Origin: an uncultured Oleiharenicola sp.
GTDB taxonomy: Bacteria > Verrucomicrobiota > Verrucomicrobiia > Opitutales > Opitutaceae
Direction of reading: 5' to 3'
Length of the DNA stretch: 64,000 bases
Assembly (NCBI GenBank): GCA_966252395.1
Contig: CBINOW010000002.1
Coordinates: 13,676 to 77,675, forward strand
A program made the position numbers and the translations under genes. Positions 1-8,160 of this stretch are shown in pieces. Under the pieces are notes generated by a model, which was not told the origin of the DNA, searched no databases, and worked only from the letters and a program-made list of their open reading frames with translations. Position 1 is the first letter of the stretch; each line of letters begins with the position of its first letter.

Positions 1-1
1 C

Positions 2-670
2 TACACGCGCGACACCATCGCGGCCTTCCGCGCGGCCGGCGTGCTGCCCGACATGGTGCAGATCGGCAACGAGGTGACGCCCGGCCTGCTCTGGCCCCAC
101 GGCAAGCTGCCGGAAAACTGGGACACCTTCGCCGCGCTGCTCAAGGCCGGCATCGCCGGCGTCGAGGCCGGTCGCGGCGACGGCCCGCGCCCGCGCATCA
201 TGCTGCACATCGAGAAGAGCGGCGACCGCGAGCGCACGCGCTGGTTCTTCGACCACCTGAAGGAGCGCGGCGTGGAGTTCGACGCCATCGGCCAGTCCTA
301 TTACCCGTGGTGGCACGGTTCGCTGCTCGACCTGCGCGACACGCTCGCGTTCATGGCCGAAACCTACCGCAAGGACATCTATCTCGTCGAGGTCGCCTAC
401 AACTGGCGGCCCACCGAATACCTCGGCGAACCCGCGCCGTTCCCGGAAACGCCCGAGGGCCAGCGCGACTTCCTCGACGAGGTTCATCGCGTCGTCCTCG
501 CCACGCCGCACGGCCTCGGCAAGGGCGTGTTCTGGTGGGAGCCCGCCGTGCCGCTGCAAACCCGCATCGCCAGCCGCGGCATGTTCGACACCGACGGCAA
601 CGCCCTGCCCGTGATCAACGTCTTCGACCGCTGGACCCGCGGGAAGACGGTGAAGGCAAATCCGCCATGA
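2..670 (+). CDS. arabinogalactan endo-beta-1,4-galactanase (GH53), 5'-truncated at the window edge
   Basis: The frame is open from the window edge. The translation carries motifs I associate with GH53: VQIGNEV, QSYYPWWHG and VFWWEPA. Confidence 0.85.
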   Translation, partial: YTRDTIAAFRAAGVLPDMVQIGNEVTPGLLWPHGKLPENWDTFAALLKAGIAGVEAGRGDGPRPRIMLHIEKSGDRERTRWFFDHLKERGVEFDAIGQSYYPWWHGSLLDLRDTLAFMAETYRKDIYLVEVAYNWRPTEYLGEPAPFPETPEGQRDFLDEVHRVVLATPHGLGKGVFWWEPAVPLQTRIASRGMFDTDGNALPVINVFDRWTRGKTVKANPP

Positions 671-699
671 AGCCTCGCGCGTCTTGCTGCCTCTTCCTC

Positions 700-771
700 G
701 TAGCCGCGCTTGAGCAAAGCGAAAGCGTGGCCACGTTGTCGCCAGGCTCCAACGCGGCTACCTGCCGCATC
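700..771. repeat. REP-like family C (GTAGCCGCGCTTGAGC...GCGGCTAC)
   Basis: Near-identical to the reverse complement of 62850..62934. Termini are gtagccgc / gcggctac. Confidence 0.75.
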
Positions 772-779
772 CGTTTTCC

Positions 780-1730
780 ATGAAACTCCCCACCCTCCTC
801 ATGTCCTCGCTCCTGTTCGCCTCTGTCGCCGACGCCGCTTTCACCGACCACCCGGTCATTCCGCTCTGGCCCGAGGGCGTGCCCGCCGTCGTGCGGCCCG
901 ACGCCCCCGCCGCGCTGGGCCCGCTCGGACCGGAGAAACTCGAGGAGGGCGGCCGGCTCTCGAATATCTCCGAGCCCACGCTCACCGTCTATTGGCCCGC
1001 CGTGGACCGGCCCAACGGCACCGCCGTCATCATCTGCCCCGGCGGCGGCTACAGCTTCCTCTCCAACGACCGCGAGGGCGTGCAATTCGCCCAGTGGCTC
1101 AGCCACCTCGGCGTCACGAGCTTCATCCTCAAGAGCCGCCTGAAGGAATACGGCCACCCCGCGCCGTTGCAGGACGTGTTGCGCGCCGTGCGCGTCGTCC
1201 GCTCGCGCGCCGCCGAGTTCAAGATCAACCCCGCAAGCCTCGGCGTGATGGGCAGCTCCGCCGGCGGCCACCTCGCCGCCAGCGCCGGCACGCTCTTCGA
1301 CCACGCCGACGGCAAGACCGGCGCGGCAATCGACAGCGTCAACGCCCGGCCCGATTTCCTCATCCTCATGTATCCGGTCATCACCATGGCCGACGGCGTG
1401 ACCCACAACGGCTCGCGCGAAAACCTCTTCGGCAAGGCGCGCACGCCCGAGCAGGAGGCGTTCTTATCGCTCGAGAACCGCGTCACCGCCGCCACGCCGC
1501 CCACGCTCCTCATCCACACGCAGGAAGACAAGTCCGTGCCGGTCGAGAACAGCATCCGTTTCTTCCAAGCCCTGACCAAGGCCGGCGTGCCCGCGGAGTT
1601 CTACGCCTTCGAGAAAGGCGGCCACGGCATGGGCATCCGCGACGGTCTCGGCACGACCTCCGAATGGCCCGACCGTGCCCGCGAATGGCTCCGCGCCCGC
1701 GGCCTGCTGACGCCGGCCCAGAAACCCTGA
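780..1730 (+). CDS. secreted alpha/beta-hydrolase esterase (carbohydrate esterase-like)
   Basis: ATG start with an N-terminal signal peptide (MKLPTLLMSSLLFASVADA). Contains an ICPGGGY oxyanion-type motif, a GSSAGGHLA nucleophile elbow (GxSxG) and a C-terminal GGHG. Confidence 0.75.
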   Translation: MKLPTLLMSSLLFASVADAAFTDHPVIPLWPEGVPAVVRPDAPAALGPLGPEKLEEGGRLSNISEPTLTVYWPAVDRPNGTAVIICPGGGYSFLSNDREGVQFAQWLSHLGVTSFILKSRLKEYGHPAPLQDVLRAVRVVRSRAAEFKINPASLGVMGSSAGGHLAASAGTLFDHADGKTGAAIDSVNARPDFLILMYPVITMADGVTHNGSRENLFGKARTPEQEAFLSLENRVTAATPPTLLIHTQEDKSVPVENSIRFFQALTKAGVPAEFYAFEKGGHGMGIRDGLGTTSEWPDRAREWLRARGLLTPAQKP

Positions 1731-1749
1731 CCCGCGGTTGTAGGGCGGG

Positions 1750-1801
1750 GTCTCCGACGAAGGCTCGGCGGAGATGGCAAAGCAACCCCGCTTTTCGCAA
1801 A
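1750..1801. repeat. REP-like family A (GTAGGGCGGGGTCTCCGA...)
   Basis: The sequence gtagggcggggtctccgacgaaggctcggcggagatggcaaagcaaccccgc recurs as its reverse complement at 5741..5793. Confidence 0.8.
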
Positions 1802-1807
1802 TCCCCC

Positions 1808-2731
1808 ATGAAACCCCGCCTACCCCTCTTAGCCCCGATGCCGGCTGCTGCCGGCCCGGGGCCAGTCGCCCGGCCTTCGCCGTGGCTGGCCTGCCTTCTG
1901 TTCTCCGTCCTCAGCCTCGGCGCCGCCGAACCCGTCGTCCCGCTCTGGCCGGGCGCGGCGCCCGGCTCGGAGGGCCGCACCGAAGCCGAGAAGGTGCGGA
2001 TCACCGACAGCGGCGAACACGTCGTGTCCGGCGTGCATCAGCCCAACCTCACGGTCTATCTGCCCGCGCCCGGCACGGCCAACGGCACCGCCGTGATCGT
2101 GTGCCCGGGCGGTGGACACCGCGAACTCTGGGTTGACCACGAGGGCCACGCCGTCGCCCGCTGGCTCACCGAGCGCGGCATCGCCGCCTTCGTCCTCAAA
2201 TACCGCCTCGCCCGCGACCCCGGCTCGACCTACCGCATCGAGGTCGAGGCGTTGGCCGACGCCCAGCGGGCGCTGCGTCTCGTGCGCGCCCGCGCCGCGG
2301 AATGGCAGATTGATCCGGCGCGCGTGGGCGTCCTCGGTTTTTCCGCCGGCGGCGAAGTCGCCGGACTCGTCAGCCGCAAGTTCGATGACGGCAAGGCCGA
2401 TGCCACCGACGCCATCGAGCGCCAATCCTCAAAGCCCGCCTTCCAGGCCCTGATCTATCCCGGCCGCTCACAGAACATCCAGCCCGCGGCGGGAAACCCG
2501 CCGGCGTTCCTGCTCGCCGGCTACGACGACCGGCCCGACATCAGCGAGGGTCTCGCCGAGGTTTACCTGCGCTTCAAGAAGGCCGGCGTCCCCGCCGAAC
2601 TGCATCTCTACTCCGGTGTCGGCCACGGCTTCGGCCAGCGCGCTACGAACAAGGGCCCCATCGCCGGCTGGCTCGATCGCTTCCACGACTGGCTCGCCGG
2701 CCGCGGCCTGCTGACCCCCGCCAAGCCATGA
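1808..2731 (+). CDS. secreted alpha/beta-hydrolase esterase, paralog of 780..1730
   Basis: Internal ATG of the long ORF 710..2731, followed by a signal peptide (LACLLFSVLSLGAAEP). Motifs VCPGGGH, GFSAGGEVA and GVGHGF occur in the same order as in the upstream paralog. Confidence 0.75.
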   Translation: MKPRLPLLAPMPAAAGPGPVARPSPWLACLLFSVLSLGAAEPVVPLWPGAAPGSEGRTEAEKVRITDSGEHVVSGVHQPNLTVYLPAPGTANGTAVIVCPGGGHRELWVDHEGHAVARWLTERGIAAFVLKYRLARDPGSTYRIEVEALADAQRALRLVRARAAEWQIDPARVGVLGFSAGGEVAGLVSRKFDDGKADATDAIERQSSKPAFQALIYPGRSQNIQPAAGNPPAFLLAGYDDRPDISEGLAEVYLRFKKAGVPAELHLYSGVGHGFGQRATNKGPIAGWLDRFHDWLAGRGLLTPAKP

Positions 2732-2741
2732 TGCCTTGCAT

Positions 2742-2767
2742 GTAGGGCGGGGTCTCCGAACCCCGCC
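2742..2767. repeat. REP-like family A, short hairpin form
   Basis: gtagggcggggtctccgaaccccgcc, with stem ggcgggg/ccccgcc. Identical to 5688..5713. Confidence 0.8.
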
Positions 2768-2784
2768 TCCACCCGCGCCACCCC

Positions 2785-4752
2785 ATGCGCCTCCTGCCTC
2801 TCCTGACTCTCACGCTCACCCTCACCTCGCTCTCCGCGGCCCCGGTGGTGGAGCGACTCGAGCGCGGCCTCGTCGGAATCCTGCAACCTGACGGCCAGGT
2901 CTTCCTGAGCTGGCGCCTGCTCGCCAGTGATGCGCCCGACACGGCCTTCAACGTCTATCGCGTCACCTCGGGTGATCCGATCACAACCACGACGGCCGGA
3001 CAACCCGCTCAGAATTCTCCCACTCCTCCGAAGCGGACCAAGCTCAACGCCGAGCCGCTGACCGGAGCGACTTGTTTCATCGACCCGGCGCCCGTATTTG
3101 AGCGTTCCACCATCTACTTCGTGAGCGCGGTCAGGAAAGGTGCCCTCAGCCAGACCAGCATGTTCTTCGGCTTCCCCGCCAACCCGAAGCCGCGACCCTA
3201 TCTATCAATTCCGATCAAGACTCCCGAAGGCTACACGCCCGGCGACGCCTCCGCGGGCGACCTCGACGGTGACGGCGACTACGAGATCATCCTGAAGCAG
3301 GAGCAGAACCCGCAGGACAACTCCCGCTCCGGCCTCACGGGTGAGACGTTGCTCCAGGCCTATCGGTTCGACGGCACCATCCTCTGGACGATCAACCTCG
3401 GGAAAAACATTCGCGAAGGCGCGCACTACACGCAGTTCATGGTGGCGGACCTCGACGGCGACGGCCGCGCCGAGATCGCCTGCAAGACCGCCGACGGCAC
3501 CGTGGACGGCCGGGGCAAGGTCATCGGCGACGCCAACGCCCATCACCGCGATGAGCGCGGCCACATCGTGCGCGGACCGGAATATCTCACGGTGTTCGAC
3601 GGCTTCTCCGGCGAAGCGCTCGCGACCGTGGATTATCTTCCCGGCCGCCATCCCGAGACGCAGAACCCGACGCCGGAGCAGATGAAAGCCGTCTGGGGCG
3701 ACGGGAATGCCAACCGCAGCGAGCGCTACCTCGCCGGCATCGCCTGGCTCGACGGCCATCTGCCGAGCCTCGTCATGTGCCGCGGCTACTACACGCGCAG
3801 CGTCATCGCCGCCTGGGACTGGCGCGACGGGAAGCTCACCTCGCGCTGGGTTTTCGACAGCGACAAGCTCGGACCACCCGACCGCACGAACCAATGGCGC
3901 GGCCAAGGCAACCACCAGCTCTCTGTCGCCGACGTGGACGGCGACGGCAAGCAGGAGATCATCTACGGCGCCATGGTTGTGGACGACGATGGCACCGGCC
4001 TTTACTCGACCGGCTGGGGCCACGGCGACGCCTTGCACGTGGGCGACTTTGTGCCCCAGCGGCCCGGCCTGGAGATCGGCGACATTCAGGAGCGTTTCGA
4101 CGCCCAGGGCCTGAGCCTGCGCGACGCGCGCACCGGCGAGCCGATCTTCACCATCCCGTCGGTCAAGGCCGCCACCGAGGGCGGCGACAAGGGCGAGGGC
4201 CCGGGCCGCGGCAACACCTTCAACATTGATCCGCGTTTCCCCGGCGCCGAATCCTGGGCCGCTGGCGCAGGCATGGACGGCATCCACGACGCCACCGGGC
4301 GGAAGATCGTCGAAAAGCGCCCGCGCGGCATGCCCGTCAACTTCGGCATCTACTGGGACGGCGACCTGCTCAACGAACTGCTCGACCAGAACCGCATCGT
4401 GAAATGGAACTGGGAAACGGAGTCGCTCGACCTGCTGCTCACCGACCCCGAATGCACCTCCGCCAACGGCACCAAGGCCACGCCCGCGCTCTGCGCCGAT
4501 CTCTTCGGCGACTGGCGCGAGGAAGTCATGTGGGCCACGCGCGACAAGAAAGAGCTGCGTATCTACACGAGCACGATCCCGACCAAGCACCGCCTCGTGA
4601 CGCTGATGCACGACCCGCAATACCGCGCCGCCATCGCGTGGCAGAACACCGCCTACAACCAGCCCCCGCATCCCAGTTTCGCCCTTGACGAATCTCTTCC
4701 GCTGCCGCCACCGCCGGTCGTGGAGTTTCCCCACTCCCCACCCGTGCCATGA
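2785..4752 (+). CDS. rhamnogalacturonan lyase, PL11 (YesW/YesX-like)
   Basis: Signal peptide plus repeated FG-GAP/Ca-binding-like motifs (GDLDGDGDYEIILK, ADLDGDGRAEIACK, ADVDGDGKQEIIYG). The length of 655 aa is typical of PL11 beta-propeller lyases. Confidence 0.85.
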   Translation: MRLLPLLTLTLTLTSLSAAPVVERLERGLVGILQPDGQVFLSWRLLASDAPDTAFNVYRVTSGDPITTTTAGQPAQNSPTPPKRTKLNAEPLTGATCFIDPAPVFERSTIYFVSAVRKGALSQTSMFFGFPANPKPRPYLSIPIKTPEGYTPGDASAGDLDGDGDYEIILKQEQNPQDNSRSGLTGETLLQAYRFDGTILWTINLGKNIREGAHYTQFMVADLDGDGRAEIACKTADGTVDGRGKVIGDANAHHRDERGHIVRGPEYLTVFDGFSGEALATVDYLPGRHPETQNPTPEQMKAVWGDGNANRSERYLAGIAWLDGHLPSLVMCRGYYTRSVIAAWDWRDGKLTSRWVFDSDKLGPPDRTNQWRGQGNHQLSVADVDGDGKQEIIYGAMVVDDDGTGLYSTGWGHGDALHVGDFVPQRPGLEIGDIQERFDAQGLSLRDARTGEPIFTIPSVKAATEGGDKGEGPGRGNTFNIDPRFPGAESWAAGAGMDGIHDATGRKIVEKRPRGMPVNFGIYWDGDLLNELLDQNRIVKWNWETESLDLLLTDPECTSANGTKATPALCADLFGDWREEVMWATRDKKELRIYTSTIPTKHRLVTLMHDPQYRAAIAWQNTAYNQPPHPSFALDESLPLPPPPVVEFPHSPPVP

Positions 4753-5633
4753 AAACTATTCCCCTGCTCGTCTGCGCGCTGGCCGCGACCTGGCTCCCGG
4801 CCCAGGAATACGACCCGATCCCCGAACCTGGTCAGCCCCTCATGAAAAAACCGGGCGGGTTCCAATTCGAGTTACTGCCCAAGTCCTTCGCGTCGAATCC
4901 GCGGATTGAAATGACGGTTTACAGCGAGCGGACCGCCTACGGCCGCACGCTGCCCGATCCCACCCCGGAGCAGCCCGCCTACTACGTGGCGCATAGCGAG
5001 GGTTACAAGCCCATGGGGTCCAGTCCGATCAGGGAAAATCCGCCGGACCAGGAAAAGATCGATGTGCTGCTGCAAGGGGTGCTGGGAAAACGCAATTTTC
5101 TGCCCGCCCGGGAAATCTCCCATCCGCCAACCCTGGCTATTTTCTACTACTGGGGTTCCCACTCGGGTATCGACATGCGGGAGGTCATGGTGTCGCCCGA
5201 ACTGATCTCCCTTCGCCGACGCGACATCCTGGAACGCGCCCGACTCGTGGGCGGACTGGCCAATATGCAAAAGCTGGCTCGGCAGATGGACGACGGCATC
5301 CCGATTCGCGAACGCATGGCCCGCGAAGAACATCTGCGTTACCAGGCGGAACACGACCTCTACTACGTCGTGGTGTCCGCTTACGATTTCGCCGCCCTCA
5401 CCCGGGGTGAGCGCAAGCTGGCTTGGCGCACGACCCTGACGGTCAACGACCAGGGCGTCTCCATGAAGGAAACCCTGCCGCCGCTGATCACCAGCGCCAT
5501 GGACTTCTATGGCCGGGACACGGGCGAGTCGCTCGCGCTCCAACGCCGGATCAACCGCGGCTCCGTCACCCTCGGTCCGCTCATCATCATCGGCACGGCT
5601 CTTCCCGACCCGGAACCTGCGCCCACCAAATGA
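4749..5633 (+). CDS. hypothetical secreted protein (no recognisable family)
   Basis: The ATG overlaps the PL11 stop (ATGA). Signal peptide MKTIPLLVCALAATWLPAQ. The frame is coherent with ordinary amino-acid composition, and GC is slightly lower than in the neighbours by eye. Confidence 0.6.
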   Translation: MKTIPLLVCALAATWLPAQEYDPIPEPGQPLMKKPGGFQFELLPKSFASNPRIEMTVYSERTAYGRTLPDPTPEQPAYYVAHSEGYKPMGSSPIRENPPDQEKIDVLLQGVLGKRNFLPAREISHPPTLAIFYYWGSHSGIDMREVMVSPELISLRRRDILERARLVGGLANMQKLARQMDDGIPIRERMAREEHLRYQAEHDLYYVVVSAYDFAALTRGERKLAWRTTLTVNDQGVSMKETLPPLITSAMDFYGRDTGESLALQRRINRGSVTLGPLIIIGTALPDPEPAPTK

Positions 5634-5687
5634 CCGCTCTTCGTTTCGCTTCCCTTAATTTTGGTGCACGCCTCAAGCCGCAATGGT

Positions 5688-5793
5688 GTAGGGCGGGGTC
5701 TCCGAACCCCGCCTTGGTGCGAACGTGCAGCCGTGATCGAGGCGGGGTTGCTGCGCCATCTCCGCCGAGCCTCCGTCGGAGACCCCGCCCTAC
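5688..5793. repeat. REP-like family A, inverted pair (BIME-like)
   Basis: A short unit at 5688..5713 plus an inverted long unit at 5741..5793 ending in tcggagaccccgccctac. Confidence 0.8.
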
Positions 5794-5809
5794 AACCAGA
5801 CTCTGGCCC

Positions 5810-6682
5810 ATGAACCGCCTGATCTTCCTGTCCGCTTTTCTCGTCGCGGCGGTATCCGCCTTCGCCCTCGAAAAACCCGACGTCACCTACCAGGTCTTCC
5901 AGTTCCCGGCGGACAAGGCGCCGGTTATCGACGGCGACGGCGCCGACTGGGCGCAGGTGCCCGAGAGCTACGTCGTGGACCGGTCGCAGATGCACAACAT
6001 GGCGACGCCACCACCGGCCGCCGGCGACGCCACCCTCGCGTGCCGCGTGAAGGTCGGCTGGGTCAAGGGCGAGAACCGGCTCTATTTCCTCTACGAGGCC
6101 GAGGACGACTACTGGGACTTCGCGCAGCCCGGCCTGCGCAACGACACCTTCGAGATCATGGTGGACGGCGACGCCTCCGGCGGTCCCTTCGTCGCCCGCG
6201 ACCAGAAGAGCGTGTGGACGCCGGAGCTCATCGCCCCCGCTGACCTGCGCCCCGAGCCGCGCATCGACGCCGAGGCCTCGCGCCGCGCCATCCACGGCGT
6301 GCACGCGCAGAACTACCACGTCTTCACGCCCGCCGTGAACAAGGACTGGGCCTTCATCCTCGGCGCCGGCACCTGGATCAAGGACGCACCTTGGGCGAAA
6401 TCCGCGCAACGCTTCACCGTGAAGCCCGGCGAGCGCGGCAAGGTCACGGTCGAGTTCTACATCACGCCCTTCGACTACGCCGGCGCCGAGGGGCCCGAGC
6501 GGTCCGTGACCTCGTTGCTCACGGAGAACAAAATCATCGGCCTCTCCTGGATCGTGATCGACTACGACGGCCCGACCCCGCGCGGCTTCTGGTGCCTCTC
6601 GCCGCAGCGCTCCGCCTTCGGCCACGCCTCCCTGCTCTGCGCCTTCCGCCTGATGCCGTTGGAGGCGGCGCCGAAGCCATGA
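5810..6682 (+). CDS. secreted CBM9-like / DOMON-like carbohydrate-binding protein
   Basis: Internal ATG followed by signal peptide MNRLIFLSAFLVAAVSAFA. Motifs PVIDGDGADWAQVP, LYFLYEAEDDYWDF and NDTFEIMVDGDASGG resemble the family-9 carbohydrate-binding-like fold. Confidence 0.55.
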   Translation: MNRLIFLSAFLVAAVSAFALEKPDVTYQVFQFPADKAPVIDGDGADWAQVPESYVVDRSQMHNMATPPPAAGDATLACRVKVGWVKGENRLYFLYEAEDDYWDFAQPGLRNDTFEIMVDGDASGGPFVARDQKSVWTPELIAPADLRPEPRIDAEASRRAIHGVHAQNYHVFTPAVNKDWAFILGAGTWIKDAPWAKSAQRFTVKPGERGKVTVEFYITPFDYAGAEGPERSVTSLLTENKIIGLSWIVIDYDGPTPRGFWCLSPQRSAFGHASLLCAFRLMPLEAAPKP

Positions 6683-8160
6683 TGACTCGAAGCCTAACTG
6701 TGGGGGCGGACCTTGTGTCCGCCCGCGCAGGGCGTGGACAAGCCACGCCCCTACAACTGGAGCCGGCTCGCCCCCGGGCCGGTTGCCCGAACACCGGGGC
6801 GAGGGCGCCCCGGCTCCAAACAAGCCGCCATTGGCTAGGACTCTTTTTGCTCCTGTTGTTTCCCACCCTCCTCCCCGCCGCCGACCTCCAACCCGCCCAC
6901 GGCGCACGGCTTCTCCCGATCGCCGACGACGCCTTCGCCGGCAGTTCGGTCAACGTCCTCGCCAACTCCCAGCACACGCTCCTCACGCACGGCGACACGC
7001 AGTTCGCCGCGTTCTACGCCGCCGACTCGACCCTCGTCCTCGCAAAACGGACGCACGGCAGCGAATCCTGGACCACGCATCGCACCGCCTTCCAGGGCCG
7101 CACGGCCGACGCCCACAACAGCATCGCCCTCGGAGTGGACGGCGACGGCTTCCTCCACGTTGCGTGGGATCACCACAACAACCCGCTCAACTACGCGCGC
7201 GGCACCGCGCCCGGCTCGCTCGAGCTCGGTCCGCACGAAGCCATGACCGGCGCGCTCGAGAACCGTGTCACCTATCCCGCGTTCCTGCCCTTGCCCGGCG
7301 GGGATCTGCTGTTCTTTCACCGCGACGGCACTTCCGGCCGGGGCAATCTCGTGCTCAACCGCTACGACGTGCGCGCCCGCCTCTGGACGCAGGTCCACGC
7401 CAACCTCATCAACGGCGAAGGCGCGCGCAGCGCCTACCCGGCCTACACGGTGGACGCCACGGGCGCCCTGCACCTCGCCTGGGTCTGGCGCGCCACGCCC
7501 GACGTCGCCACCAACCAGGACATCGCCTACGCCCGCTCGGCCGACGGGGGCGTCACCTGGACCGGCGCGGACGGCCGCCGCTTGGCCGTGCCCTTCACCG
7601 CCGCCAACGCCGACTACGCGCTGCGCGTTGGACCCAACCGCTCGCTCATGAATCCGCCCAGCCTCGCCGCCGACAGTCTCGGCCGACCGCTGATCGCCAA
7701 TTATTGGACGCCCGAGGGCAGTGACGTGCCGCAGTTCCATGTCCTGCGCCATGACGGCTTCAAGTGGCGGGTCAGCCAAGTCACGGCCCGCACCACGCCC
7801 TTCACGCTGGCCGGCGGCGGCACGAAGAACCCGCCGATCTCGCGCGCCGTGCTCGCGGTGCGCGCCGCCGAGGACGAGGGCCGCGAGGTCGTGCTGGTTT
7901 ATCGCGACGACGAGAAGGAAGGCCGCATCGTCGCCGCCACCTGCGAGGACCTGCGCAAGACCGGTTGGCGCTTTACCGCCCTGACGACCAGTTCCGTTGG
8001 CGCGTGGGAACCGTCGTTCGATCCCGTCATCTGGGCGCGCACGGGGGAACTCCACCTGCTCGTGCAACCCGTCGTCCAGCGCGACGGCAACGACCGCGAA
8101 GCCGCCGCCGTTGCCCCCACTCCCGTTTCCGTTTTGCTGTGGCAGCCGCCCACTCCATGA
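6679..8160 (+). CDS. BNR_4-type beta-propeller protein (family linked, from memory, to GH145/PL42 rhamnose-uronate enzymes)
   Basis: The ATG overlaps the upstream stop (ATGA). Motifs HNSIALGVDGDGFLHVAWDHHNNPLNY and DIAYARSADGGVTW are present. The start is uncertain because codons 8-46 are REP-like palindromes that precede a signal-peptide-like core, LGLFLLLLFPTLLPAA. Confidence 0.6.
   Translation: MMTRSLTVGADLVSARAGRGQATPLQLEPARPRAGCPNTGARAPRLQTSRHWLGLFLLLLFPTLLPAADLQPAHGARLLPIADDAFAGSSVNVLANSQHTLLTHGDTQFAAFYAADSTLVLAKRTHGSESWTTHRTAFQGRTADAHNSIALGVDGDGFLHVAWDHHNNPLNYARGTAPGSLELGPHEAMTGALENRVTYPAFLPLPGGDLLFFHRDGTSGRGNLVLNRYDVRARLWTQVHANLINGEGARSAYPAYTVDATGALHLAWVWRATPDVATNQDIAYARSADGGVTWTGADGRRLAVPFTAANADYALRVGPNRSLMNPPSLAADSLGRPLIANYWTPEGSDVPQFHVLRHDGFKWRVSQVTARTTPFTLAGGGTKNPPISRAVLAVRAAEDEGREVVLVYRDDEKEGRIVAATCEDLRKTGWRFTALTTSSVGAWEPSFDPVIWARTGELHLLVQPVVQRDGNDREAAAVAPTPVSVLLWQPPTP
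6699..6755. repeat. REP-like inverted pair (TGTGGGGGCGGAC.../...GCCACGCCCCTACA)
   Basis: Two hairpin modules, gggcggaccttgtgtccgccc and ggcgtggacaagccacgcc, in opposite orientation. Confidence 0.65.
6757..6818. repeat. REP-like family B (CCGGGGCGAGGGCGCCCCGGCTCCA) with outer stem
   Basis: The 25-nt core at 6794..6818 is identical to 12214..12238. An outer inverted repeat tggagccgg/ccggctcca is present. Confidence 0.8.

Noticed and set aside
2800-2830. CTCAC-type short tandem repeat encoding LTLTLTLT in the PL11 signal peptide.
   Set aside because: It is only a few units long and lies within a normal hydrophobic signal-peptide core. There is no evidence of slippage or phase variation.
1750-5793. 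Possibility that the recurring palindromes form a CRISPR array.
   Set aside because: The copies are not regularly spaced, occur in both orientations, belong to several unrelated families, and are separated by whole genes. No cas genes are present.
5423-5809. Long N-terminal extensions of ORFs, such as 5423..6682, 710..2731, 21170..22519, 54118..56451, 55755..58610, 16888..18384 and 11049..12302.
   Set aside because: The extensions run through REP elements or the preceding gene and encode Arg/Pro-rich junk. An internal ATG followed immediately by a signal peptide, HTH or Rossmann motif gives a product of normal length.
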